DNA from: Camelus dromedarius
Taxonomy: Eukaryota
Reading direction: 5' to 3'
Assembly: GCF_036321535.1 (NCBI RefSeq)
Contig: NC_087436.1
Coordinates: forward strand, 101,434,001-101,498,000
DNA: 64,000 nucleotides
Every line of letters begins with the position of its first letter. The first letter of the stretch is position 1. Position numbers and translations under genes: made by a program. The notes below the pieces were generated by a model. The model made no database searches and was not told where the DNA came from. It was given only the letters and a program-made list of their open reading frames with translations. Positions 39,647-54,415 of the stretch are shown piece by piece.

Positions 39647-39961
39647 ATTTTTTATTTTTATTTTATTTTATTTTTATTGAAGTATAGTTATTTACAATGC
39701 TCTGTTAGTTTCTAGTGTACAGCATAGTGACTCAGTCATACATACATTCTTTTTCATACATATTGTTTTTCATATTTTTAATTACAGATTATTATAAGGT
39801 ACTGAATATACTTCCCTATGCTATACAGTAGGACATTGTTGTTTATCTATTTTATATATAGTAGCTTGCATCTGCTAATTCCAGTCTCCTAACTTATCCC
39901 TCTCCTGCCTTGGTACCTATAAGTTTGTTTTCTATGTCTGTGAGTCTGTTTCTGCTTTGTA
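39647..39961 (-). mobile_element. Short L1 3'-UTR insertion with perfect TSD
   Basis: AGAATGGTGTTTTT at 39633-39646 and 39962-39975, the latter followed by AA (canonical TTTT/AA site); (TTTTA)n tail. Confidence 0.93.
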
Positions 39962-39995
39962 AGAATGGTGTTTTTAAATGCCAGAGGAGATTATG

Positions 39996-40145
39996 TACAG
40001 CCATCCCTAGGTATCCATGGGGGATGGGTTTCTGGAGCCCTGGCAAATAATAAATTCTGAAGCTGCTCAAGTCTCTTATATAACATAGCTGAGTACCATG
40101 CACGGGTCGACCCTTCTCATCCATGAGTTTCACATCCTCGAATTT
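39996..40145 (+). mobile_element. MER2-like (Tigger-derived) MITE fragment
   Basis: TA-CAG start 'tacagccatccctaggtatccatgggggatgggtttctggagccc...gctgctcaagtctcttatataa'. Confidence 0.7.
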
Positions 40146-41298
40146 CGTCTGTGTTTTTACTGAGAATCTGGTGGTTCTCTGCCTTCTGAGTCCCAGAAGC
40201 ATGTGGGAAATTTAGTCCCCTTCTTGACGTGTTTTTATTTTAGATCTGTGTCTTCTCTGCCTCCCATACTCTTCAATCTCTGACAAATGTTTTGAGGGAA
40301 AAATGGCCACGTTTTTGAGACAAGCTCATGCACTCCATCAGAACTTTGTCTCATAAGTTATTAGGAGACTTTTATTCAATTTTCTATTTAGAAGCATTTA
40401 ACTCAGAGCCTTAGCCTCCATCACAGCTCTGGAACTCAACGAATATTACATACGCAAACAGCTTTTGGGGTCTTCACTAGTTTTCATCCTATCACTCAAG
40501 AATTTACCACTTCTCAGCTATTAAAGGCTTGACAGGTTTCTGTTCCCTCAGACTATTCCTGGATCAGGACGGATACCCAGTCTTCCTAAAAAAAAAAGCA
40601 TCTGGTTACAAGAAGGGAATGGCTAGCTATTTTTACCATAATTGGTGGGTTTTCTCATCTTTGGAACTATTTAAAGACAGTTTACCATACTATTACTATT
40701 ACCATCATTAGTTTATCATCCATTACTATTCTATGCTGCAGAAGTCCTCTCTTCAGTATGTGTTAAATATTTTTATAGTCCAATCCATTCTAATGAAAAA
40801 TACTATTTTTATTCTGTCCGTGAGCTTTATATTTGCAATTCTTTCATGTCCTTTTGTATTTTATGATCAAGATAGTTACTCTGTAAATGAAGTGATGATG
40901 CTTTATCATTTAATAGTGATGGGTAAAATTTAGTTCCCTTATTGACATAGTTTACCCTTTTAAATGAAGATACATCATTTCTTTCAAAAACGTTTGAATC
41001 CAAGTATTTTTACTCTCAAATATAAAAGTCAGCAAGCTTAGACTAGTTATGAAATTTCTTTCAAAGTCAAATGCTATGATACTTTGATAAGATATGTAAA
41101 ATTAACTAATAATTCATAGAATATAAATATTAAAATTTGTGTGACTAATGAGATATGACTAGTTGAACTCTTTGTTAAACTGTCAACAACTTCCCATCTT
41201 TCAAGATTCCTTATTAAATTATTGATTGAAGCATCAATAATTCTAAGACTGCTCAAAAGAATATAGGGCTTAGCATTTTATGTTTTCCCCACTGACAG

Positions 41299-41412
41299 GA
41301 GGGTGACCAAGTGTTCTGATTTTGCCAGGACTGAGGAGGTTACTGGGACTTGGGACTTTTTAGTTTTAAAAACAGGAAAGTCCTTGGCAAACCTTGACAA
41401 GTTGTTTACTTT
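41299..41412 (+). mobile_element. MER81-like hAT MITE
   Basis: 'agggtgaccaa...ttgccaggactgagg...gggactttt...aaaacaggaaagtccttggcaaacc', palindromic organisation. Confidence 0.7.
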
Positions 41413-41639
41413 TCCAAGGATTGGCAACTTAGACTTCCAATAATGAGCGATATAGAAAAATAAGTTGTGTTCAAGATGTTTAGGGTTTATATAACATTTT
41501 AAAAATAATTATAACTCAATATCATTCGTTACTAATAAATATACAAATAGAAAACACTCAGGAGAACAAAAGTACATAATCTTTGTATAATCATATTCAC
41601 AACAAAAGTCAGAATTATATAGTTAACTAAATATTAAAT

Positions 41640-41850
41640 TGGAATAAAAAGATCTGCATTTAATTTCCAATTTTACCACTCATGATTTGATCCTTGGCAC
41701 ATCTGTGAACCTCTCTGAACCACACACATACCTGTTCTGTAAAAGAGAGATAATGATATTTATCATCTCTACCTTACCAGATTTTTTTACAGATCAACTA
41801 AGATAGGATATAAAAGCAAACTAGAAACACTAAAGTGCTATACTAATGTT
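41640..41850 (+). mobile_element. MIR SINE
   Basis: 'ccttggcac...aacctctctgaacc...ctgtaaaagagagataat'. Confidence 0.55.
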
Positions 41851-42639
41851 ATTTACTGAATGATATATTCAAAATTATAGACGGTTATCCAACATTACTT
41901 GGTCACTAATGTGTGTCACCATAGCACATGACAACATCTAGATTATTTATTCACATCTCCACTACTATCTCTTCTACCATGGCTGAAGTTTAGTAATTTA
42001 GCTGAGCAAAGCACTTTCTTTTCATTAAGAATAAACTTCCAGCACAGAACTATATATGTATATGTATTTATATCCTCGTGGCCACAAGGATAAAATTGAC
42101 AAAACTTGCTTGCAAATGTTGAATGATATATGTCACATTATAACTTAACCATTTGAAAACAAATTTTGTCAATTCTTTCCTATGACCACAGACTGAATCT
42201 ATTGTAAATTCTCAGATCTGTTAATCACTTGTTCATAATCATGTAAGTATATACAAATGTTCACAGTGGATGTGACATAGAAGATTGTATTTTAACGGGC
42301 ATTTAAGAGAATATGAGAATGTTTGAGCCAGTAGAAAATGCTTAAACTGACATCTTGGTAAAACAGAAACTCAGCAGATATGTCAAGAAGACAGACTTTG
42401 CAAATCAAAGTTACAGCAACTGCTAAGATAAGACAACAGGGGAAGTGCATGGACAATTCAAGGAATTGGTGGGTCAGCTAAAATAGAGTCCAGAGTAAAC
42501 AAAGAGGTAGATCAGGACTAGAGATAGCTCTTTGTTGATCGTTGAAATAGGCTAGATTATATGAAGTACTCTAAGCAGGAGCAACTGTAATAATTTCTAA
42601 CCCAAATGACCAACACACTTTTCTTTTTCATAATAGTCA

Positions 42640-43125
42640 GGTACTGATGGACGCCAACCCAATGTCGGTTTTAGTATTTTTCCTTAAAGATACAAACCTT
42701 AATTAATTTGGAGTTCCCAGTGTGCCTAGCCAAAAGTCTATTTTCCAGCTCCCTGCCTTGAAACTACAGGCAGTTCATGAAATATATAGTCTGCCTATAT
42801 TTTTTCCTTGTATAAGCATAGCTTCCCCTTTTCCACCAGCCCCAATGCTAGTTAGATTGTTGTGAAGGCATGAGCCTGGAGAAAAACGGCCATCCTGTAA
42901 CCATCTCATTGTAATGAGATGATAAGCATGAGGACAGAAAACCATATACTGAACAGACCTGAAAGATGAAAAAACCTAGAATCTTGTCTGATGATGTCAT
43001 TGAACCATTGCACCAGCCCCAGAGCAGCCTACTTCTGGACTTTCTTGTATAGGAAATCAATAAATATTTCCTCCTTAAACCATAACAATTAATATACTAG
43101 ATATCAATAGATGTTTATTGACTAA
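42640..43125 (+). mobile_element. MLT1-type MaLR LTR
   Basis: 'gatgatgtcattgaaccattgcaccagccccagagcagcctacttctggactttcttg...aataaa'. Confidence 0.6.
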
Positions 43126-43619
43126 TGCAAGATCACATATTCAATGCTAAAAGTTTTGATTGCATTTTATAACTAATAGGAAGGCATTGAAGTATTTTAA
43201 ATTGAGGATTAATATAATCACATTTAGGTTTTAGAAAAGTCACTCCTGCTGCATCAAATGCCCAAAGTAACAATTTATCCTGCAGAAATTACACAAATAA
43301 TTTATCATCCTATGTTTAAGAAAACACAGTTTTCCAAGTAAATGCAAGCAGGATTAGAACATTGCCAGATGTCCTAGCTGTTGACCAAATTCTCAGAATT
43401 TCAACCAGTGTCTTCCTGAGACACTAAAATGAAATGATATAAAACCTTTGCAAATGTCATCTCATTGAGATAGTTGGAAAAATACTTTCAAATTTCTAGT
43501 TCTTACTTGCTAGAGATGCGTGACTACTGCTTTGGTATTATCCACAGAGAAAAAAGTAAACAGTAAGAAAACAAGCTGTCAAATAAATCTGGATGTGAGC
43601 ACTACTTGTTATTATACAG

Positions 43620-43860
43620 TCACTGAAAGTTTAGGCTCTGGACTCACAGAGATCTGTGTATGAACCTAGTTCTGCCATATTCTAAATATATTACACAGAA
43701 AAAATATCTTAATATACTTAAGACTGTTCTCTTCTTAAATAGAGGTTATAATATATCCATGTAGGAGTCTTATGAGAATTAAATGAGATACTATTTGCAA
43801 AGAAAATTAAATGAGATACTATTTGCAGAGTGATCATTTAATTCAGTGCTAGTTGCCATT
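43620..43860 (+). mobile_element. MIR SINE with an internal tandem duplication
   Basis: 'ggctctggactcacaga...tatgagaattaaatgagata'; a 23-mer is repeated at 43777 and 43805. Confidence 0.6.
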
Positions 43861-45867
43861 AATAGTACAATTACTCCCCTTATCATTTGTCTTCATCATT
43901 ATTACTGCCTCCCATTAGGAGAGAAAACAACTAATTTAAATGGAAATGGGTCCTATATAGATTTTCTTTACTGTGTGCTTTATATCTTGCTCATTCCTAA
44001 TTATCCTTTTGAGAATTTGGCTGCACTGATCTATTCTAGTCTGTTTTTAATTCTGGGAATATTTCTTCTACGAATCTCTGGACCCTCTGCCTGCCTGCAC
44101 CAATTATTGTATGTTTAGGAATTGCAAACTGATTTTAATAGTAAATGCAGGTAAAAACAAAGTATGGAGAAATCTACAGTGCAGAAACTTACATTATGCA
44201 TTTTAAAGTCATTATCCCTTGCATTTTGAGTCACTCATGTTTTTAAAAATTTTCTTAGTATTTGTGACCAAGATAATGCCATATGGAAAGGAAATGAATT
44301 TTATAGGTTTGCTTTGAACACTGATGAATTAAAAGTGACTTGGAGTTTTACTATAGAGCCATTTAATTGACCAGAACTTCTGCATCCTAGAATGTGGTTC
44401 AGACCTCCACTTTTAGGCAATACCCACAATTCATGAACAAACATTATCTCTAGAATGTATATTTCTATTTTAGCATATGATAAAATCAACTTAGACAATA
44501 TATTCTTATGAATGTACAAAATACGCCTGCTAACTTATTTAAATCTTTGTTGAACATACTTGCAATATTAACCTGAAAATTATGTTTTTGTAAGATGTTC
44601 TCATGTAGGTTTTTACCTGAAACCAAAAACTCTGTTAAAAAAAAAATACACATTTAAGAAGTGAGGGGTCAGGAAGGTCTGTCTATTCCAGAACTGTGTT
44701 TGTACCAATGAGAGCTTTCTGGGCAGTGGAGATCACACACTAATGATCTTTAAGAAAAGTCCCAGTATAGTTCTATTTTGGACACTACTGAACTAAACCT
44801 TGTCTAATTTTTTGTTGTTGTTGCTTTGTGTTGTTGATATTAAAAAAGGTTTATTTTCATTTTAAGAGAGAGCAAGAGGTTTCTCCTTTAGAAATAGGAC
44901 AATATAGTTGATGTTTTATGTTATGACAGAATAAATGTTTTCCTTCCTCTCTAGTTGTAGAGAGGACGACTAGAAAGGGTCATATACACTAGAATTAGTA
45001 AGAAAGAGTCCCGGGATAACTTGGAGGTAGGAATAGTGATTTCACGTGGTTACCAAATTGGCCATATTCTTGAAACCATGCTTGCTGTGGAACGGTCAAG
45101 ATGCTAAATTCAGTTCCAAAGTTCACTCAGTATTTGTAGAGATGGCGATGACCATACATTAATAATAATCGTGAATTGCCCATATTTTACAATTTAGATT
45201 AGTTCTATAAAAAGATTATGTGTCCATGCAAAGTTGAAACAAGTTGACACGCCCACCCTTGATAGGAGTATTTTCATGTTTTCAGCAATGAGCTTGAACT
45301 GAAGTGCAAATTGTTCACTGGATATGTCTGCTGCTGTTCTCTGGTGGACTACAGGGGAAGGATTAACAGTCTGGATACTTCAATATTTCTGTTAATCCTT
45401 GATCTGTATGTTTCACATGTTTAAAACTCTACAATGATTAGGTGTAGAATCTGAGAAGTTTCAGAATTCTGATGCATTAAAAAGCAATAAATGAATAAAT
45501 AAATAAATGTACTTGACTGAATCAGAGAAGAAAGGATAAATAACAATCTAAAAAGAAAACAAATAATCAACCACAAAGACATCCTAGATTAGTGTTCAAA
45601 TTACTTGGGGTGGGGAGAGCTTCCATAATTTGAAAAGAAAGCATTACTTCTCAACATTTATATTAATCATACCTTTGCTGTGTCTACACAGGGGATTTAA
45701 AGGCCTACTTACCTTAATCAACTACCCTTGTAACAATGACTCAATTTACCTTGCCCCCTAGGGAGCAATTTTGTGAGTAAAGTTCGATTATCATGGCTAA
45801 AAAACACTTTATGATCAAAATAAAACAGAGTAATAATCAATTATCCATTATTTTCTCCAGATATTAT

Positions 45868-46160
45868 TACTTTTCTAGCTTTATTGAGATATAATCAACA
45901 TATAACTTATGTAATTTAAAATGTACAAGGTGATGGTTTGGTATATGTATGTATATATTGCAAAATGATTACCACAATAAGGTTAGTTAACACATTCATC
46001 AACTAACATAATTACAGTTTTTGTGTGGGTGGTGAGAACATTTAAGATCTACTTTCTTAGCAACTTTCATATATACAATACAATATTGTTAACTATAATC
46101 ACCATTCTATTTATTATATCCCAGAACTTATTCATTTTGTATCTGGAAGTTCATACCCTT
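45868..46160 (-). mobile_element. L1 3' end (L1MA-type)
   Basis: 'agctttattgagatataa...ggtgagaacatttaagatctactttcttagcaactttca...cccagaacttattca'. Confidence 0.85.
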
Positions 46161-46908
46161 TAGGGCAAAAGTGTGAAAGAAGAGTATGGATTTTAGTTAC
46201 TATGAATCAAGGAACATCTCTCTTAACATGTAAAAAATTTGGCTGTGTATGCACTTGGACATTTATATCTCAAAATCCCTTTTTCCACCAAAGGGAGGTG
46301 TTTTAGAATTGGGGAATTAAGAAGAATGTTGCCACAAGAAAGCAAAAAATGTTATAATTTTTTACACTTTCACTTTTACCCATTCATCGGCATAATATCG
46401 TAGATGAAGACTCCTGATGAGCTGAAATATATGCAGAGTCACTCCAAATATGAGCTCTGTACACTGGGATTCAGGTGGTAGCATATTCAAGAGAGAGGAA
46501 AGGAGGGCTTCTCCTCTCATTTTGTCCTAATCTTCACAAGAGAGGCCTGTGGAGCTCTCTCTGATTAGCAGAGGGTTCTGCTGACCCAGGGGACCTAGAA
46601 GTATCACATCTGAAGGAGCAAAGTATCACATCTAAATGCAGGCAGAAAACCGGGAGAGGGTAGTCTGCTCAATGCCAAGAAGGTTTGTAAACACAAGGGA
46701 AATGGATCTGACTGTATTGCTATGTATTTCTGATGGTCTCTTACTTTCTTTAAATATGAATCTAACAACAGGAATTTAATGTTTTTTTTAATCGCTATAG
46801 TGTATGCCATAGTTCAGAGCATAGGCCTGATGGTGTTCACCAGATCTCTTCCTGGCCAGTTCTTGTAAGATGCCCAAATGACACTTTAATTAGTGATACA
46901 GTCAACAT

Positions 46909-47270
46909 TTGGATTAGTCAGGGTTCTCCAGGCAAAGAGAACCAGTAGTACGTATGGAGAAAAAGATTTATTACAGGAAATTGGGTTACATGATTATGAA
47001 GACTGGGAAGTTCCAAGTCTTCAGTGTAAGCTAGCAAGCTGGAAGCCCAGGAGAGCCAATGATGCAAATGAAGAAGTCTGAAGGCATTTGCTGGAGAACT
47101 CTTATCTGCTCTGGAAGGCAGAGCGTTTCGTTCCACTCAGGCCTTCAGTTGATTGGATGAAGCCCACCTACATTATGCAGGGCAATCTGCTTTACCCTAA
47201 ATGTACTCATTTAAACATTAATCTCATGCAAAAACACCCTCCAAGTTGACACATACAATTAACCGTCACA
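46909..47270 (-). mobile_element. MLT2 (ERVL) LTR
   Basis: 'attagtcagggttctccag' at one end and 'caagttgacacatacaattaaccgtcaca' at the other. Confidence 0.85.
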
Positions 47271-48859
47271 ATGCAGAATAAATATCCCAGGACTGATAGA
47301 TTATAAATATAAAAATGTTGCATATTTGATATGACCATACTCTAATACATTGAAAAGTCCACGCTATCTTATTCCACTGCTTTTAAATTGTTTCTACTAG
47401 TTTATTTAAATTTACACATGTAAATTTATGCTTTTGATTGGAAATTATATTTTTAAATTGAATAAATAATAATTTAGGAATACAATTTTCATTGTTGTAA
47501 AAACAGAATTTTTGTATAGGTAATCAATGGCACAGCATTCAAATATTGATTATTTAAATATAAAATTCAGAAGACTTTATGATTCCTTCATTAAAAATTA
47601 TATAATTAGTTTATTTTAGAAGCTCTTTAAGTGACCATTTTTTTAATCAAAAAACTTTTTTCATTTAAAAACAATCATTCAGCAAAATATTTAAAAATCA
47701 TATCAATTTAAAAGATTAAGAAACAATAAGCATCTTGAATTTTGGCACCAGGAGTTTTATAACATTACTTATGAAGTATCTCCAAATAAATTTGTCTTTT
47801 TTCCAAAACCTCACAGGTTTAATATCTGTTTATGTTGAAAATTCAATTAGGAGTAGCTATTCATGGAAACACTAATATTATTGTAGTATAATAAACATGA
47901 AGGACATTTTGAGAAATTTCCTCTGTTTATATATATTCACAGATAATCTGAAGTAAGGTTTTAATTTTCCCCAGACATACTAATTTGAGCTAAAAGAAAT
48001 GTCATGTTTATTCACATAATACTGAGTGTGTCTTATAACATTATATAATCTTCCATTTAAAGTATTAATTTTGAATTAATGTTAAAATATAGAAGCCATT
48101 TGATTTTATTATATAAATATTTAGTACCATAAAGTATAGGAATTGTGATGTAGTACATTTGATCACACATACACACACACACATGTTGTAGAAATTGCAA
48201 TTGTAGTATCCAGTACACCACAGAAGATAGAGGGAAAATTTAGATCAGAACCCCAAGGAGACTGAATTGGTGGTGCTCATAAAAGCTTGCAAGAATCTAA
48301 GGAAAGTGGCTGTTCACAAAGGAAAAAAAAATCACAGCATGCACTATAAATTTGGAAAGATAGGTTTCTGAGAAAAGTAACAGATGCTGTTTCTTTCAAA
48401 TTATTTTAAAATATTTTTAAAAGAAAAATGTGTGTTAAAAATTGTAGCACTACTAAAACAAAGAATATAATAAACCTCAAAGGTCTGCCACTGCTGTCAA
48501 TCTAATTTCCCAAAGGCACAGAACTGTTTCTTTCAATTTCTCTCACAATATTCTCTTATGATTTGACCAGTCAATTGTTAAGATTTCCAGAAAAGGATAC
48601 TCCAACACTTCATATGAGAAATTGATAGCTCTTGCTGTCAAGTGTCTACTGGAACTGAGGAAAATGATGCCTCCTCCATCACCTTTTCTCAGAGGAGATC
48701 AAAGTCCATCAAAGACATCATAAGCTCTGTTCAAGGTAGAGAAAGCCAAGGGCAGAGTAAGTAGCAAAACCAAGAACAAAACTGTATATTTGCCTTCTCA
48801 TTTATTTGACTTTCTCTTTTTGTCTCTGTGAAATTAGTTGAAGCAGTTATCTTTCCCAG

Positions 48860-50400
48860 TCATAAAGGTGTGTCTTTGCATAGAGGCGTCCCTATGTAGT
48901 CCGCATGTGCCTAGTGGCTTTGGTGAGAGGTCTGGACCTGAAGCAAGCAGATGCTAGGGCTTTTGTGGGGGCATCCTGAGGCTATTGCTTTGGCAGGGAT
49001 GGAGGCTGATTCTAGGAGATGGGTGATTAGAGCTGGAGTGTGGTGCAGGCTGGAGCTTCTTCCGGGGCATATTGGCAGGTGTCACCGTGCCAGGGAGTTG
49101 TGCTAAAGCTGGAGGGCTAGAGCTGGAGCCTGGCAAATGCTAATGTTTTCCCTGGGGCATGCAAGGGCTGTTTTCTTGGTGGAGGGTGGGGCTGAACCAC
49201 AAAGGCTAGAGCTAGAGTCTGCTGTGAGCTGGGGCTTCTCCTGGGGCATGCTGGTGACCACCATTTCTGACTCTATTTATCTTTCTTATCTTTCTGGGAT
49301 TTCCATGATGCATGTGATTGTACATTTGGTAGTATTCTGTAGGTACCTGTTCATCACTCATTTTCTTTCTGCTCCTCAGATTATTAATTTCAATTGTCCT
49401 GTATTTAAGTTCTCTGCTTCTGTATTCTGTCTGCCCAAGTCTGTTTTTTTAATCCCATCAGTGAAATTTTTATTTAAGCTCTTTTACTTTTCAGCTCTAG
49501 AATTTCTATTTGGTTTCTTTCTATAGTATCTACTTATTGACATTCCACAGATGTCCATTCATTGTTCTCTTGATTTTCTTTACTTCTTTGTCCATGGTTT
49601 CCTTCAGATCTTCAAACACATTTAAACTGTTAAGTTAAAAATCTTTGCCTCGTAAGTCCAATGTCTAGGCTTCCTCATGTATAGTTTCTGTCAGTTTCTT
49701 TGTGTTCTATGACTGGGTCATACTTTCATGTTTTTTATGTGCTTTGTAATTTTTTTTGTTGAGAACCGGACATTTTGAATATTGTGATGAGGCACCTCTG
49801 GACATCACACCCCTTCTGTCCCCTGGGATTGCTACTGTTACCTGATGAAGGCTGCAGTCATCGGTTTGTTCAGTGACTTTTCCAGACTACCTTTTACAAT
49901 GATTATGTTCCTTGTTGTGTGTGGTCGCTGCGGTCTCTGTTCCATTATCTCTCTATTTAGCCAATAACTCAATGGAAATTTCCTTAAATGCCTGGTTCCA
50001 ATAAAAAAGGAAACAAAAAACAACTAAAAGTCTGTTCCCTTTAGATTTAACCTCACCATTGGCTCATGTGTATTAAAACAACGTCCTACCTCTGTGCTAG
50101 CTCCTCAGTATCAATAGCCACAATCACAGAGAAAAAGGCAGATTTTTAGAGAAGAAGATTCCTACTTCCCGTTCTGGTTCCAGGAAATCTCACCAGCACT
50201 GTGGCCTGATGTACCCACAGGACAGGAGATGGGGGCTGGGGAATCAAAGCTGCAAAAGGGAACTCAAAATTCACTGAAATGTGTGAGTCTTTCTTCACTA
50301 AGCACTTCCCTGAATGCTGCAAGTATATGACTAGATTCCAGCATTCTCAAATAGTCACTTCAGATAGCTTCAGATACCAACCCTTGGAGCTTCCTAGGTT
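48860..50400 (-). mobile_element. Old L1 5'/ORF1-region fragment
   Basis: 'cagtgaaatttt...ttttcagctctagaatttctatttggtttcttt' (ORF1 antisense) followed by 5'-UTR-like GC-richer sequence. Confidence 0.6.
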
Positions 50401-51364
50401 GCCATCTTCTGTGATGTCCAGGTGTCAAGTAATTTTGATTTTGAACTACTCTCTTTTAGAATTAATTTGGGAATTAAAAAAAATTACTTTCATTTTAATT
50501 CATTTCTAAATTGAAAATGGGAGTCTTTGATATTGGATTTGAAACTCAGAGTAGATGCTTTTTCAGCTATATGAGATGTGATTGACAACAGGATCAGAAA
50601 AAAATGCTTTTTTCCCCCTCTCTGTAGGTATTTTTAGGCAACCAATTTAGTAGAGTAAATATGATTTCATTTAAGACAAGATTGTTGGATTGTGAAAAGA
50701 GGGAAGCTGGGACATCACACAGCAGAATGGGTCAGTATCAACTTCTTAATTTACTATACCTGAGAAAGATATTAATCATAAGACACTTGAGATTTCAAAA
50801 TATCTGGTGGTATTTAAAGTAAGATTTAGCAATCTGGGCAGTGAGGGATTTGTATTCTTTTTATATCTAATAATGTAAAACTTAATAGAAAATCCCTGCT
50901 TGAGAGGATGAAGGAATGTGTCTGATGCAGAACCTCTCTTATATCATGGTTAGACATGCATTCATCTCTCCTGACAGGAAATCTATAATTAATGTCTTCA
51001 CTTCTATAATAGAATTCTCATATGTTCCTGTCAGCTAAGTTACAAAAGCCTCATAAATTTTCTTTTACGATTATTGTTTGATTTGAGAGACTGTGAATTT
51101 GCCGTTTGCTGTTGTGGGAAGAATTAACTCAAATATTTTGTGAATATTTGATATCCTGACATATTCTCTAAGAGGAAGCAGATTATTAGGAGAAAAACAG
51201 TTTATTTTGGTTTATGGTGATATTATTCCTCTTGAATATTATATGTGCATGTATATATTTGCACACACATACACACACACAAACACTCCTGTATATTTTC
51301 TGGATTACCTATAACTTATGTCAACATTTACTATCTTGATTCCAGACAAAAATGGAGACTGAGC

Positions 51365-51700
51365 AGAGCTGAGTTACAGTGAGGTGGGTAAGGTGGGTAG
51401 GAACTTACCTCAGGGGCAAAATTTAAGGATGCATCCCCAAAACTCAGTAATCAAGATAAATATTATTGAATGCATGTTTTAAAAGAAAATTAATGCAAAT
51501 AGGTAATGATGAACAAAGTATCAACATTTTAAATTCAGGCAGGACCAGCAACTCTAACTTGATAAACCCTATTTGAGCCTGAGGCAAATGACAGTGATAT
51601 TACATTAAAGCATTTACCTCAATTACTGAGTATTTTTGTTTCTTCCTTAAATTTTATGCCCAAGGCAAGTGCCTCACCCTCCTCATATTAGTATTGCCAG
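51365..51700 (+). mobile_element. MER96B-like hAT element
   Basis: 'gcaaaatttaagg...aaaactcagtaatcaagataaata', with an inverted end 'ccttaaattttatgcccaaggcaagtgcctcac'. Confidence 0.7.
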
Positions 51701-52339
51701 ATCTAAATTCTTATTCTCCTGGCAAACTTTAGATGTCTAAGCCATGAAGTAGCAAAATTAATCTTTTGTTTACTTAGTCAGGATTTTACACTCAAGACGT
51801 TATCTTTGCTAGCAGCTGAAGTCATTGAATGTTGTAATTTAGTTTCAGAAGTATATATTACTAACCTTAGTAGGAAGTTTAATATGGATAACAGGGCAAG
51901 GAACCTGGTAACAATCAACTCTCTAGAGTATGACTCTGTAAAAAAGTACAGATAAACTGTTATACTATCTGAGAAAACTTTAAATGCTCTTGAGAAGCAG
52001 GCAGTAAAGAGACTCTGGAGACACTAGGCCAGAGGCTGCAGTGAGTGAGAAAATCACCAGAATCTGAAGTATTTCTTCTCCCACTGTCTCTTGTGACATT
52101 TTGATCTGTCTTGGTCTCTGTCTTTCTCTCTGTCTGTGTCTTTTTCTGTCATTCTTTCTCTCTCTTTCACACACACACACAACTGAGAGGTTACATGACC
52201 AATGATGTTCAAAGTATATAACAAACCACATCTATTAATCACAAAAATAGGTATATTATCTGAGAGACCAGAGAAACTTTCCTGAAAGAAAATTATGTAT
52301 TAATCCATCTGTTCATCTACCCATCCATCCATCCATCCA

Positions 52340-53750
52340 TCCATCCATCCATCTTCTATAAACATAATTTGACATTATTATAAGCCATACTCTGTAGGTA
52401 TGTAAATAGAGCAACATGTGAGAGGAAGCTAAAATGTAACATATGAGGCCATCTGGACTACATGTGAATGATGTACCATATTGGAAAATGTAGAGAAATA
52501 CAGAATGAGCTACATTACTTTGGAAAATAGTGTTCTGACTGGATATCAAAAGGATAAAAATCACTATACTATATACAAATACTGTACTCTAGTTAATAAA
52601 TCTGTTTCTCCCAAGGATTTGTATCATCAATGCTGAAATTGTGTTTACTAGTGTAACACAAATAAGTAAATACGTTGTAGAAAATTATAGACAGGTTTTT
52701 AATTTAGAATGAACTCCATGGTGTATGATTAGAATTAAATATATACTATAAGCTCATGGTATATATAGGTATAGATACAAATGTCTATCCATGTATCCAT
52801 CTATCCACATACAGAAATAAATATTTATATTCTCCAAGAGCTATCTATTTAGAAGACCTAGAAGCAAGGGCATCTTGTTAGTTATATTTATAAATACAAG
52901 GTATTGGTTTATAAATATAATTGTCCAATAAAAGTAACAAGGAAGGCCTTGTTGAAGAAATTGTTGATTCCAGAGCTTCAGCATAGGAAATACAAGATGA
53001 GTCTGGAGTACTATGTAGCGCCAGAGCATAAGAAAGTGCTCAAAAAGGAAAGACACATTTCAAAAGGTTATAGGAGCCACTCTGAAATAGCTCTTAATGG
53101 CCAAAGCTAGAACATTTTAAAGAATACAATAAATAATAATAATTTGGCATTAGAAACCATAGAATAAAATAAATATCCATGTGCACTTAACAATATAAAC
53201 ATAATGGAACACATAAATAAGTGGAAGTAAGGGGATAGCTCCTCTTATCAGAATAACTACAATTCATAAATGCAGAAGGAACAGAGAAAAAAAATCACCA
53301 CTGGAATACTATAGGAAAAAAATTGTTACAAACAGGATCCATCAATAGATACCAAAATTGTTGGACCAAATTTTGAAGAGGAGCAGGATATTTGCATAGT
53401 CTCAAATTAATTTATGCCAAGATACTTAAGAATTAAGAGGAAAAAAGAGTAACTTTATAATGGAGAAGCCCAGCAAATACCTCCTTAACCAAGTAATTAA
53501 CATCACCAGTAATAGCATATATTGACATCACAGTCCCCCTCTTATGATACACTGAGAAATACACAGCATTTGTTCTGTGGTATCCTTGCCACAAAATATA
53601 TAACATCAACCTAATGATGAGAAAATGTCAGACAATTTAAAAATTGAGGGACATCCTGTAAAATAACTGCCCAGTACTCTTTGAAAATATGTAGGTCATG
53701 AAGACAACAAAAGACTGAATAACTGTCACTTAAGGGAGAGATTAGGAAAT
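52340..53750 (+). mobile_element. L1MC-type 3' UTR
   Basis: 'gattccagagct...gatgagtctggagta', 'aactttataatggagaagccc' and 'aaattgagggacatcctgtaaaataactg'. Confidence 0.75.
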
Positions 53751-53754
53751 ACAA

Positions 53755-54415
53755 TATTTTATTTATTTTTTTCATTATGGTTTATTACAAGATATTGAAT
53801 ACAGTTCCCTGTGTTATACAGTAGGACCTTGTGTTGTTTATCTGTTTTATATATAGTAGTTTATATCTGCTAATCCCAAACTCCTGATTTCCTTCCCCTG
53901 CTATTTCCCCTTTGGTACCCATACATTTGTTCTCTGTATCTGTGAGTCTGTTTCTGTGTTGTAAGTTCATTCATATCATATTTCAGATTCCACATAGAAG
54001 TAATACCCTCTCCTATTTGTCTTTCTCTGTCTGACTTACTTCATTTGGTATGATAATCTCTGGATCCATCCATGTTGCTGCAAATGGCATTGCTTCATTC
54101 TTTTTAATGGCTAGTGATATATACAAATTCCTGTGTGTATACATAAATATATAGCACATCTTTATCCATGTATCCATGGACATCTTGGCTATTGTAAAGA
54201 ACACTGCTATGAACATTGGGCTTCATGTACCTTTTTGAATTAGAGTCTGGATTTATGCCCTGGAGTGGGATTGCTGGATCATATGGCAACTCTGTTTTTA
54301 GTTTTTTAAGGAACCACCATACTGTTTTCCAGAGTGGCTGCACCAATTTACATTCTCACCAATAGTATATGAGAGTTCCCTTTTATCCATATCCTCTCCA
54401 GCATTTACCATTTGT
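53755..54415 (-). mobile_element. L1 3' end (ORF2 C-terminus plus 3' UTR)
   Basis: Translations [27 protein letters not shown] and [25 protein letters not shown]. Confidence 0.92.

Noticed and set aside
48954..49526. GC-richer patch with ORFs, as a possible promoter or exon
   Set aside because: CpG-poor and continuous with old L1 5'/ORF1 sequence
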